Position numbers and translations under genes: made by a program. Of a DNA stretch of 32,000 nt, positions 18,892 through 27,743 are shown in pieces. Below the pieces are notes generated by a model. It saw only the letters and a program-made list of their open reading frames with translations. It did no database searches and was not told where the DNA came from. Source of the stretch: Pyrodictium abyssi (GTDB lineage: Archaea; Thermoproteota; Thermoprotei_A; Sulfolobales; Pyrodictiaceae). The number at the start of each line of letters is the position of its first letter. Positions within the stretch are counted from its first letter, which is position 1. The DNA lies in NCBI RefSeq assembly GCF_036323395.1, contig NZ_AP028907.1:1920001-1952000 (forward strand), given 5' to 3'.

Positions 18892-20342
18892 TGCGGCGGC
18901 TCGAGGCCCTAGCCCTCGCCATGGTTCTAGCGCCAGCGCTGCTCGCTGTAGGCGTCCTAGCAGAGGCTGCATACGATAAGCTGCACACACAACTGGAGGA
19001 CTACGGGCTCGAGGACACGGCGTACCGGGACATGGAGGCCACAGCGACCTACACCGTGTCCAACCCGTTGACTGGCGTCTCTCCGCCGCCCTGGAGTCCT
19101 ACGTGGTCGCCGAAGAGCCCCGCCATGCTGACATGCACTTGCAGCCCCACAGCGGACGACCCGAATATCCATGGCGCACCAAGGACCATACTAACGCTGG
19201 GTGAAGGCGAGGCCGTAACCGAGACCGTGACATGGAGCGTCGGGGAAGCTGCCTCTCTTGGCACCCACACGTTGGCATACATGTGTACATGTAAGTATCT
19301 GGAGTGGCAGCGGTACATGGTGAAAACGAAGACCAACATAACCACCACTACGACGGTGAACGACACGACAACCACAACAACCACCACGACCACGGTAACA
19401 AGGACAAAGACGAGAACGAGGACAGTGACCACGACCCTCAGCGACGCCGCCACGCTGATGGTCATACCCCGCCGTGTTAACGAGACGCTGCTAGGCCTCG
19501 ACCTCAACGTGAGCTTGCTGCAGGTGCTCGTGGACTACCCTGTGCCCGGGCAGAGCTCAGCCCTTGTCAACATGACTGTGAGGCTCTACAACTTCGGCCT
19601 AGGATTAGGGAACGCAACGCTGCCACGGGAAGACGGGATGCTGCTCCTCCACAACCTGGCAGTCATGGTTAACGGTGTTCCGGTGATAAGATGCGATAGG
19701 TTCTGCGCCCCCGCCCAGCCACTGCCGGTAGCCGGCGAGCCTGTACCCAGCGTCTCGGGGAGCGCGGAGCTGGTCCTAACGCCGCCCCGCGAGCCCGGCA
19801 ACGAGTATATGCTCAACATAACGATATGCTACACCGAGGACAGGCCGGAGCCCGTAACCACCTGCGTCGAGGACCGGCTGCCGGTCTTCCTGCCCTTCAA
19901 GTGGCGCCTAACCGTGCTCATGGACGACGCCTGCAGGGTCTACAACAGGCTATGGGAGATAGTGCCGCTGGGCGAGCCCAGCGCAGAGACCGTGGTGGCC
20001 GACGCGGCGAAACCCGGACTCCGGGAGGAGCGCGGCTGCATAGTAGCCGCTGCCGGCGCATGCGAGAGCGTGGAGCTACAGGTAGATGGCGACGGAGTAC
20101 CCGTGGCCTCGAGGGCGGGCAGAGGGGAGGCAAAATGGTGCCCCATGGAGCCTGGGGTCTACACTGCTAGGGCCGTCGACGAGTACGGGAACGTGGTTAC
20201 AGGCACGTTCACGATAACATGGTCCGCTGGGCCGCCGCCGGCGCTGAAGCATGCGCTGCTGAGGCTAGCCCTCACCCTCGTAGCCCTCATGGCTATGGCA
20301 TACATATTGGCTGGCGGTAGATGGCCGCTCCGAGGGCTCTAA
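18885..20342 (+). CDS. exported/membrane-anchored protein with Thr-rich linker
   Basis: Signal peptide 'LALAMVLAPALLAVGVLAEA', Thr-rich tract 'TTTTTVNDTTTTTTTTTTVTRT', Cys pairs, C-terminal TM 'LALTLVALMAMAYILAGG'; overlaps the VirB4-like 3' end. Confidence 0.65.
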   Translation: MVVRRLEALALAMVLAPALLAVGVLAEAAYDKLHTQLEDYGLEDTAYRDMEATATYTVSNPLTGVSPPPWSPTWSPKSPAMLTCTCSPTADDPNIHGAPRTILTLGEGEAVTETVTWSVGEAASLGTHTLAYMCTCKYLEWQRYMVKTKTNITTTTTVNDTTTTTTTTTTVTRTKTRTRTVTTTLSDAATLMVIPRRVNETLLGLDLNVSLLQVLVDYPVPGQSSALVNMTVRLYNFGLGLGNATLPREDGMLLLHNLAVMVNGVPVIRCDRFCAPAQPLPVAGEPVPSVSGSAELVLTPPREPGNEYMLNITICYTEDRPEPVTTCVEDRLPVFLPFKWRLTVLMDDACRVYNRLWEIVPLGEPSAETVVADAAKPGLREERGCIVAAAGACESVELQVDGDGVPVASRAGRGEAKWCPMEPGVYTARAVDEYGNVVTGTFTITWSAGPPPALKHALLRLALTLVALMAMAYILAGGRWPLRGL

Positions 20343-20345
20343 GCC

Positions 20346-20525
20346 CTAGGGCTTTTGCATGATAAACGCTGCCAGCCAGTTGGCGTTCTGCTTCTTCTCA
20401 CGTACCCTGGTGACTGCGTCCCTATGCATGCTTTGCATGTGCCGCCCCATCAGATCTCGTACAGTCTTGTAGTCGGGCCCGGTAATGGTCTTACCACAGT
20501 AGGGACACACAGCCTTGTGCCTCAC
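20346..20525 (-). CDS. 59-aa C2H2 zinc-finger protein, absent from the ORF track
   Basis: Manual translation VRHKAVCPYCGKTITGPDYKTVRDLMGRHMQSMHRDAVTRVREKKQNANWLAAFIMQKP*. GTG start preceded by in-frame TGA and a GGTGAG Shine-Dalgarno-like site. Confidence 0.75.
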   Translation of the reverse strand: MRHKAVCPYCGKTITGPDYKTVRDLMGRHMQSMHRDAVTRVREKKQNANWLAAFIMQKP

Positions 20526-20754
20526 AGCTTCTCACCAAGAGCAATTGATACAGTTATATCTGAACTATATCTAGGTTTGTAGTACGATTTATGGTAGTGC
20601 ACCCGGCTTGCACGGGCTCCCGGCTTCTGGAGGAAGGTGGCCCGGGCCCAGGCTCCCCGGGAGAAGCCCTAGGCTGTAGCCCAGGCGTGTGTGCACCCGA
20701 CCACGTGGAGGCCAGAACTAGCTATAGTGTGTGTCTAGGAGCCCCGGGCCTCCA

Positions 20755-21082
20755 GGTGTGCCTCAGTACGGGCGCCAAACGTGCGGTCCTACTAGTGCTT
20801 GTAGCAGTCGGCGCAATATTTATAAGCTTCCTGGCATCCAAATATATGGGTGCCCCGGTTTTCATAGATCCGATTCTAGTAGCCCTTAAGCTCGGCATCG
20901 AGATAGAGGTGAGCTCCAAGGTGTGCGGCACTAGCAGCCCGGGGAGAGCCCCGGGGCGCCTAGGGCTCTCCGCACACTCCCCGGGCGGGTCGGGTTCACA
21001 CCCAGGCCCGGGCCTAGGCCGGGAACACGTGGAGGTCCCAGGGAGAGTAGCACCCTCTATCATTAGGCCACACTTTAGCTAG
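20755..21082 (+). CDS. possible small membrane protein (approximate start)
   Basis: Within track ORF 20591-21082: 'TGAKRAVLLVLVAVGAIFISFLASKYMGAPVFIDPILVALKLGIEIEV'; the flanking Gly/Pro-rich parts look non-coding, so boundaries are uncertain. Confidence 0.3.
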
Positions 21083-21109
21083 ACTGTGGCACAGCATTCT
21101 CCGATGTCG

Positions 21110-21337
21110 GGTTTGCACCCTTTCCAATGCAAACCGGGTGCAAGACCTCCGTCACCATGTTCTACTCGTGCAGACTTGTGGCGTAGACGTCACAGCCATT
21201 GATAATCTCTCTATCGGAGTTATCAATGGAGGCTATGTGTACGCCGTAGACACGCGTTCTATCTCTACTGGTTCAAATACCGAGTCATAGTGTCTACATA
21301 GTCCTCATGGATCACTGATATACTTGAATGATCCATG
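21110..21337. repeat. cluster of perfect inverted repeats in noncoding DNA
   Basis: GGTTTGCA/TGCAAACC (21110-21117/21128-21135), CCATTGATAA/TTATCAATGG (21196-21205/21220-21229), GTAGACAC/GTGTCTAC (21246-21253/21290-21297), CATGGATCA/TGATCCATG (21306-21314/21329-21337). Confidence 0.8.
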
Positions 21338-21427
21338 GAGCTGCCGTCGCCGCCTATATTGTGCCATGTGTAGCCGTGGCCCCGAGAACCGTCTCCCGGG
21401 CCGGGGAGAACACCGGGGACCCAGGGA

Positions 21428-23752
21428 ATGGGGAGAGCTAGGGCCTCGAGGAGGCTCTGGAGGCTGGGTGCCGCTGGGCTGCTGCTGGCTGGCCTAGCGC
21501 TGCCGCTACTCGCCATAGCCGCTGGCGCCGTGGAGTACCACGACTCCGTGCTGGGGTATAGCGGGGAGGGGGAGCCTGTTGAGCCGCTCCAGAGGCTAGG
21601 CTACGCCTTCGCCACGATACTGGTCTTCATCGGCGGCATTGCCTACGCGCTGGGCCGCTCGGATATCGCGAAGAGCAGCTGGGCGTGGGCAGTAACGGTG
21701 GCAGTCATAGTGGCATGGGTTTCGAGCTATAGTAGCGGGCTGCCCGGCGCCGCCGGAGAGGCCATGGTGTTCTGTCCCCCGGGGCAGTTCTACAAGGACG
21801 TGCCCGCTACGGTTGTGGTGGCGAGGCCAGGCGCCGAGGTCAGTGCCACCATTGACTGGGGCGACGGGAGCACTAGCAGCTGTTCTGGCCAAGGCTACTG
21901 CGTGGCCAGCCACGCGTACAGCGGGGAAGGGCTCTACACGATACGGGTCTCCGGTACCGCTAGCGCCCAGTGCGGTGTCGAGGTAAGGAGCCTGGGGAGC
22001 CTGCTGGAGGAGGGGTTCTCGGGGCTAGAGGCGGACTGCGGCTGGAGCCCGACCTCGTGGCCGGGCTGCATCATGGTGAACGCCGCGAAGGCTGTTGGGA
22101 AGGCCTTCGCGCTGCTGAGCGACGCTGTGGTATGGTTCTTCGCCCACAGCGGCGCCGGCGGCGTCTTCGAGAAGGTCGGGCTGATGCTCGTCACCGTGCC
22201 TGAGTCGGCGCCGCCACTCCTCGACACCCATGTCTACGCGTTGTTCCTCCTAGGCTACGCTGTGGCGGGCCTCGCTCTCTGGAGAGCGTTCTGGGAGTTC
22301 GAGAAGGGGCTGTCATGGCTGGATGCTCTCCGGGACGTAGCGTTCGTGCTGCTGGCGCTCAGCCTCGCGCAGCCGGTGTACACGTGGGCCGCCAGGCTAG
22401 TCAATAGCATGAGCATAGCCATGGCGCAGCCGGGCGTGCTGATGGCGTGGATGGCTATGCTGCTGGCCGTCACGGCTCTCGCGGCTGCGCTCCCCGTGGG
22501 CGGGGCCGGGGGCCTAGCGGCTGCCGGGGCGCTGGGCTTCGCTGGCTTCATCCTAGTAGCGCTGCTGAAGTACCTGCTGCTGGAGGCCATGTACCTGCTG
22601 CTGCCCCTCGTGGCGGTGCTCTGGCTCTTCCCCGGCACAAGGAGCGTCGCCCGGAGCATGACAAACATAGTCGTGGCGCTCATGGCGTGGAACCTAGTCC
22701 TAGCCGCGATGGTAGGGCTCTCCGCCAGGGCCCTGGCAGAGCCGGCCAGCGCCTCGCCCCTAGAGGTCATAGGCTACGGGGTAGCTCTCCCCCTGGCAAT
22801 GCTCGCCACAGGGCCCATGATAGGAGGCCTATTCGGCGCCCCACTCCCCGGGGCCGGCTTCTTCGCCGGCATGTGGGGCCGCGCCGCCGGCTTCGTGGCG
22901 ACCAGGCTAGGAGTGGCGCCACCCCAGCCACGAGCAGCACTAATGGTGGCACCAGGAGCCGTGGTAGGCCACACCGAGTACCTCCGCCCACCGACGCCAG
23001 CGATGCCGGCGCCGGGCACAACAGTAGCAGCCGGCGGAGCCCCCATAGCCTACGGCACCGCGGGGCCACCATCGCCAGCTCCGGCAAGAACCGACTGGCT
23101 CCGGCCGGCAGCAGGCCCAGGCCAGGCATGGGCCGGGCCCGAGGCAGTGTCAGGCATGGTGAGGAGGGTAGAGGAGCTCGGTAAGGGGCATGTAGGGTAT
23201 GAGGTCTCAGGCAGGGTGCCCGGGAGCCTCGAGCGCCGCTTCGCCGAGGAGGCGGCCCGGGATGCCGGCGCAGCGCTCGAGAAGCCGGGGCCGCGCGTTG
23301 AGGAGGTGCCACCAGCGACTAGGAGGATAAAGCAAGCAGCCAAGGAGGCGGCTCTTGGGCCTGTAAAGGCCGCAGCCAGGCCCCTGGCAAGAGAGTACAG
23401 GGCGATTAAGCAAGCAGTATCAGAGGTCGAGGGAGGCCGGGCAGCCAAGGCCGCCGCGCTAGGCGGCGCCGTCGCCGCCCGCCTCCACGCCTACATGTCC
23501 AATAGAGCAAGGCAGTTCATACGCGAGTTCTCAAGAGCGTTTGAGGCCCAGACCGGCATCATGGTGCCGACAAAACTCAAGCAGCTACAGTCCATCGAGT
23601 GGCAGCGCATCGAGGAGAGGATACGCACCGGAGCAGAAGCAGGCGCCATAGTCGGGCAAACTATGTACATGCGGATAAAGAAGCCCTTTGAGCGTTCGGA
23701 GCAGATAGTTAAGGCCTCTAGTGGGCGCAGCAGTGTCTACATGTACGGCTAA
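21428..23752 (+). CDS. VirB6/TrbL/CedA-like polytopic membrane protein with extracellular PKD-like domain
   Basis: 774 aa; many TM segments, long charged C-terminal tail. PKD-like 'GAEVSATIDWGDGSTSS...VASHAYSGEGLYTIRVSG' between N-terminal TMs. Same strand, downstream of the VirB2/B3/B4-like genes. Confidence 0.65.
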   Translation: MGRARASRRLWRLGAAGLLLAGLALPLLAIAAGAVEYHDSVLGYSGEGEPVEPLQRLGYAFATILVFIGGIAYALGRSDIAKSSWAWAVTVAVIVAWVSSYSSGLPGAAGEAMVFCPPGQFYKDVPATVVVARPGAEVSATIDWGDGSTSSCSGQGYCVASHAYSGEGLYTIRVSGTASAQCGVEVRSLGSLLEEGFSGLEADCGWSPTSWPGCIMVNAAKAVGKAFALLSDAVVWFFAHSGAGGVFEKVGLMLVTVPESAPPLLDTHVYALFLLGYAVAGLALWRAFWEFEKGLSWLDALRDVAFVLLALSLAQPVYTWAARLVNSMSIAMAQPGVLMAWMAMLLAVTALAAALPVGGAGGLAAAGALGFAGFILVALLKYLLLEAMYLLLPLVAVLWLFPGTRSVARSMTNIVVALMAWNLVLAAMVGLSARALAEPASASPLEVIGYGVALPLAMLATGPMIGGLFGAPLPGAGFFAGMWGRAAGFVATRLGVAPPQPRAALMVAPGAVVGHTEYLRPPTPAMPAPGTTVAAGGAPIAYGTAGPPSPAPARTDWLRPAAGPGQAWAGPEAVSGMVRRVEELGKGHVGYEVSGRVPGSLERRFAEEAARDAGAALEKPGPRVEEVPPATRRIKQAAKEAALGPVKAAARPLAREYRAIKQAVSEVEGGRAAKAAALGGAVAARLHAYMSNRARQFIREFSRAFEAQTGIMVPTKLKQLQSIEWQRIEERIRTGAEAGAIVGQTMYMRIKKPFERSEQIVKASSGRSSVYMYG

Positions 23753-24507
23753 ATCATGAGGCCTAGGGCGCGTAGTATTGCGAGGCCTATGAAGGCCCGC
23801 TGAGGTAGCTCGTCTAGCGCTTTTTTCGCCTCCTCCTTGCTTATCTCGCCCTTCTGCACAGCCTCAGCCAGGCCACGTCTCCATAGGTCGTCGGCGTAGC
23901 AGGCCGCGGCTGTTCTCGCTATGTCGTATGCTGTCCTGGTGCCATTGGCTAGCTCTAGGAGCATACATTCTAGGGCGCGAGCAAGGAAGCGGCGGCCATC
24001 GCGGGCCTCGATAAGGCAGCGGTATGGGGCAATGTTGTATTCATCGTAACCTGTCAGGGTAATGGGCTCGTCGAGCCAGCGAAAAGAGGCTAGGGGCCGC
24101 GGCTTCCATGTGTCAGCGTTAGTCTGTATCCAGTCAATGTCTAGTGGTGGGTGGCTGTGCATGTAGTCGTCGAGACCGCTGGGCAGTAACAGGTAGTCAT
24201 TGTGGCGCTTGAAGGGGAAGTTCTTCATTGTGTCGCGGGCCACAATGTAGAGGTCATCGCCTATCTTGCGCCAAAATAACTTGATTTCACCCTTGGCGAT
24301 ACGTTCCTCGGCGGCCCTCCATGCCGGGCTCTTCTGCATTAGCTTGAGGCGCTCTCTTGCTTCGGGTGTCAAGTTCTTCTCCATTTCCTTGGCTTGTCGT
24401 TCTAGCTCCTTTGCAAGCTCTTCAGCAAAGCGTTCCTCCTCACTTTTCTTCTTGAAGAGCATGAGTGACTCACCTCTTGAATAGTGATAGTTGTCTCGCC
24501 TCTTCAA
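23749..24507 (-). CDS. hypothetical protein
   Basis: 252 aa, compositionally convincing; no recognised motif. Start may be internal (MLFKKKSEEE...), which reduces overlap with the upstream RHH gene. Confidence 0.55.
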   Translation of the reverse strand: MKRRDNYHYSRGESLMLFKKKSEEERFAEELAKELERQAKEMEKNLTPEARERLKLMQKSPAWRAAEERIAKGEIKLFWRKIGDDLYIVARDTMKNFPFKRHNDYLLLPSGLDDYMHSHPPLDIDWIQTNADTWKPRPLASFRWLDEPITLTGYDEYNIAPYRCLIEARDGRRFLARALECMLLELANGTRTAYDIARTAAACYADDLWRRGLAEAVQKGEISKEEAKKALDELPQRAFIGLAILRALGLMI

Positions 24508-25090
24508 TTTTATCTAGTGGTACCAGTATCATGGTCTCTGCTTTGCTTCGGCATGAGTCTTTGTCCTTCATGCACGCTTTCAGGTCCGTTGTGTCTATGC
24601 CCATCTTGTCTAGTATCTCTACGGCTTCCTGCTTCTCCTTGAGTAGCTCGTGCATTTTTTGGGAGGCGTAGTCTATGCAATAGTCGAGGTCTTTGGCGAG
24701 GGTCTCGTACTCGCAGCGCCGTGGATCTAGGCAGTACGACTTATACACGGGTAGTGGGCTTACTGCAAGGATTAGTCTTACCTTGGGCCTCCCGCTGTTC
24801 ATGCCTACTCGGTAGGTGTAGAAGACCAGCGGGTCCGCTGCATGGCCCATGCAAGTGGTTTCGTACAGGTAGTAACCTGGTCTCCGATCTTTGAAGAGGA
24901 GCCTTGAGACCATAGCTTCAACACTTGCCGCCTCACCGAGCACATAGCCTTCCACATACTTGTTAACTAGGTGTTCTACGGCCTCGGCTGCCGAGTTGAG
25001 GCCTTCACGCTGGGCTATCTCTAGGAGCCTATCGAAGATCGGGGCCCTGACGCTCACGCTCCGATAACCACGCCTCTTGGTCTCGGACAC
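24470..25090 (-). CDS. ribbon-helix-helix-like DNA-binding protein with unknown C-terminal domain
   Basis: N-terminal 'YRSVSVRAPIFDRLLEIAQREGLNSAAEAVEHLVNKYV' matches an RHH pattern; Cys-containing C-terminal part. Confidence 0.6.
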   Translation of the reverse strand: MSETKRRGYRSVSVRAPIFDRLLEIAQREGLNSAAEAVEHLVNKYVEGYVLGEAASVEAMVSRLLFKDRRPGYYLYETTCMGHAADPLVFYTYRVGMNSGRPKVRLILAVSPLPVYKSYCLDPRRCEYETLAKDLDYCIDYASQKMHELLKEKQEAVEILDKMGIDTTDLKACMKDKDSCRSKAETMILVPLDKIEEARQLSLFKR

Positions 25091-25363
25091 AGAGTCTCAC
25101 CCGTGTCGTCCTCTATACCTGCTTAGACCCGTATAAACTTACCTGCTAACACGTTAATGACGTAAAACCATAGCAAGATATATGTATAGTGATACCTAAT
25201 AGCTTATTTAAGTCTAGAGGGCTAGCCGAGGTCAGCAATAGCACCCTTGGCTTGTCAGGGGGTGGACAGAGGTAGACGGGGGTCGAGAGGGGTATAGTGG
25301 CTCCTAGACCCCAGAAGGGGTATATAGGGGTATTACTGCTCCTGGAGCCTCGGGTTAGTATAG

Positions 25364-26383
25364 ATGTGGCATAGTATAGGTGAGTTCGTCGAGCACGTCC
25401 TCGAAAGAGGTGCAAGGAAAGTCACTTGCTGGAAGAAGGGATCCGAGGGGTGCCGTGTCGCAAAGGTTAGCGTCGAGCCAAGTCTAGTAGGTGAACGGGT
25501 CTACGTATGGACTGAGAGCGAGGTAGAGGAGCTCCAGCGGAGGATTAAGAGCCTAGACTCTATGCGCCGGTTCTTCATATCGCTGATGAATACCGAGAAG
25601 GGGCGGAAAATGTTCACCATAGTCAGCGAGACGTGGAACCCCGTCACGGGGTGTGACCACAACTGTATCTACTGCTGGGCACGGCAGCTAGCGCTCACGA
25701 AGCTACGACGCGCCCCCCGCTACAGAGAGGGCTTCAGGCCCCGGCTCAACCCCGAGGAGTTCAGGAAGCGGTTCAAAGGCGGCGTAGTCTTCGTAAGCGA
25801 TATGGGCGATCTATGGGGCGAGTGGGTCCCTGATGACTGGATCCGTCGTGTACTAAACCATATAAAGAGATTCCCTAATACATGGTTCCTCTTCCTGACC
25901 AAGAACCCGCAGCGCTACCACGACTTCCTGGACGAGATCCCGCCTAACGCGATACTAGGCGCCACTATCGAGACTAACCGGGACAGCTACTTCCAGGAAG
26001 GCCACAAGCCAAGGATGTCCTCGGCTCCACTGCCTAGCCGCCGCTACAGGGCTATGAAAGAGCTAGACTGGCCTCTCAAGTTCATCTCTATAGAGCCGAT
26101 CCTAGACTTTGACCTGGACGTGTTCACCAGGTGGATCGAGGAGATAAACCCGTTCATGGTCTACATAGGCTACGACAACTACAGCCACAGGCTCCCAGAA
26201 CCCCCGCTAGCTAAGACACGAGAACTTATAAAGCGGCTAGAAGACTTCACACTCGTTATACGGAAAACGATTCGCCCAGCATGGAACGAGACACTCAACA
26301 AGTACACAAGCGGGGTGAAAGAAACTGGGCAAGCAAGGGAGTCAAAGAAAACAGCAGAGGCAGAACAAGCAGCAGCCGTATGA
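25364..26383 (+). CDS. three-Cys-motif (Gp37Gp68/DUF5131-like, radical-SAM-like) protein
   Basis: 'VSETWNPVTGCDHNCIYCWARQLALTKL' (CxxxCxxC), 'VVFVSDMGDLWGEWVPDDWIRRVL', 'TWFLFLTKNPQRY', 'LGATIETN', 'FISIEPILDFD'. Confidence 0.88.
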   Translation: MWHSIGEFVEHVLERGARKVTCWKKGSEGCRVAKVSVEPSLVGERVYVWTESEVEELQRRIKSLDSMRRFFISLMNTEKGRKMFTIVSETWNPVTGCDHNCIYCWARQLALTKLRRAPRYREGFRPRLNPEEFRKRFKGGVVFVSDMGDLWGEWVPDDWIRRVLNHIKRFPNTWFLFLTKNPQRYHDFLDEIPPNAILGATIETNRDSYFQEGHKPRMSSAPLPSRRYRAMKELDWPLKFISIEPILDFDLDVFTRWIEEINPFMVYIGYDNYSHRLPEPPLAKTRELIKRLEDFTLVIRKTIRPAWNETLNKYTSGVKETGQARESKKTAEAEQAAAV

Positions 26384-26408
26384 GAGGTTTACACACTACC
26401 TAGGTGTA

Positions 26409-27398
26409 ATGCACAAAAAGGCGCTAGAACTTATGGACAGCCTTCCTGAGAACCAGAAGAACCAGGTCCAAGTCTTCTTTGACAAATACTATCCTACAAA
26501 GGAGCAACACTATTGGAGCGTCACAAAGCTCTTTGCTCACGCCATGTATATACCTATGTTTCTGCAAATAGGGCTCCATAATGTTGCTAAGGGCAAGTTC
26601 TCAAAGCTAGTATACATAGATACGCATTCCGGTCCAGGGCTAGCTAAGATAGGGGGCGATGAACGAGACATAGTCCTAGGGTCAGCTCTCCTAGCTCTAC
26701 ACTGGCCCCGTGTAGTCGCGAGCCAGGTGCCTCAGTTCAAGAACATAGCTAGGGGATTTGACGAACTCCACTTTATTGAGCTAAGCTGGCGCAATACGAA
26801 CATACTGCGTAAGTTCGTTAACAGCTTTACACATGTAAAGGTATATACTGACGACGCTAATCGGAGTCTACCTCGCATACCCGTGGATGAAAGAGCATTG
26901 GTGTATCTCTTTGTCGACCCGTATGGCGAGCTTGATTCGCAACTTAGTTACGACGCGCTAAGCAGCTTCGTTGCCCGCCATAGGGCCGACATAATGATGA
27001 GCGTGTTTGCCTCTCATCTTGCCCGCGGATTCTCCAGCATATCAAGGATAGACCTGCTAAAGGAAAGAGTTGAGCGTATCTTTGGGCCAGGGTTCTGTAC
27101 AAGTACGTGCCCTGGGGCACAGCTTCTTTGCAGTATTGGCGCAGCTACACGCGATGCCGTGCTTGAAGCCTTCAAATGCTTGCTAAGGAAGCTGGGTTAT
27201 CAGAAGGTAGTTGACATTCCGGTCCGCTTTGAGAAGGGCATTCTCTACTACATGGTATTAGCTACAAAAGGGTCTGGAGGCTGGATAGACGGCTACATAG
27301 ATTACATTAGTAACAAAGCGCCAAAAGACTATGAGACGCTGAAAAAGCTCTGGCTACGTGCAACCGGTAGACTTGTTGGCCTCGATAACTTCTTCTAG
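26409..27398 (+). CDS. three-Cys-motif partner protein, TcmP-like
   Basis: 'KLVYIDTHSGPGLAKIGGDERDIVLGSALLAL', 'FIELSWRNTNILRKFV', 'ALVYLFVDPYGE' (Rossmann/methyltransferase-like), directly downstream of the three-Cys-motif gene. Confidence 0.8.
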   Translation: MHKKALELMDSLPENQKNQVQVFFDKYYPTKEQHYWSVTKLFAHAMYIPMFLQIGLHNVAKGKFSKLVYIDTHSGPGLAKIGGDERDIVLGSALLALHWPRVVASQVPQFKNIARGFDELHFIELSWRNTNILRKFVNSFTHVKVYTDDANRSLPRIPVDERALVYLFVDPYGELDSQLSYDALSSFVARHRADIMMSVFASHLARGFSSISRIDLLKERVERIFGPGFCTSTCPGAQLLCSIGAATRDAVLEAFKCLLRKLGYQKVVDIPVRFEKGILYYMVLATKGSGGWIDGYIDYISNKAPKDYETLKKLWLRATGRLVGLDNFF

Positions 27399-27743
27399 CC
27401 TATACTGAGCCTTGCTACGAGTCTCTCAATCTCCTAGCGCTATTTCGTTGATTTAATCTTCTGCCTTACTTTACTCCCGTTTCCATATTCCCTCCATTAG
27501 GGCATGAGCTTTCCTTCCACTCCCCTTTGCGGAACCGTTATGACAACACGTCAAGCAGCTCGGTGTTAGCGTGGAAGACTTGGGCTCATCGGCGGCGTTG
27601 TGGAACAAGTATAACCGGCCCTCGCGGAGCCGCTCCGTGGTTTCTGTCCCGGTAATTACTCCTCTCCTCTTCGTACAACTCCTCTGGCTCTATCCGTCTA
27701 TGCTGGGATCCAGCAGTATGAGAAGCCTCGTGGCTGTGGCTTG

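Noticed and set aside
20591-20754. N-terminal part of ORF 20591-21082
   Set aside because: Gly/Pro-rich translation from palindrome-rich GC sequence (GGGCCCGGGCCC, CCCCGGG) looks non-coding; only the hydrophobic core was kept as a low-confidence CDS.
22447-23184. + strand 245-aa ORF within the VirB6-like gene
   Set aside because: Out-of-frame high-GC ORF with biased composition; the main frame shows TM segments and continuity.
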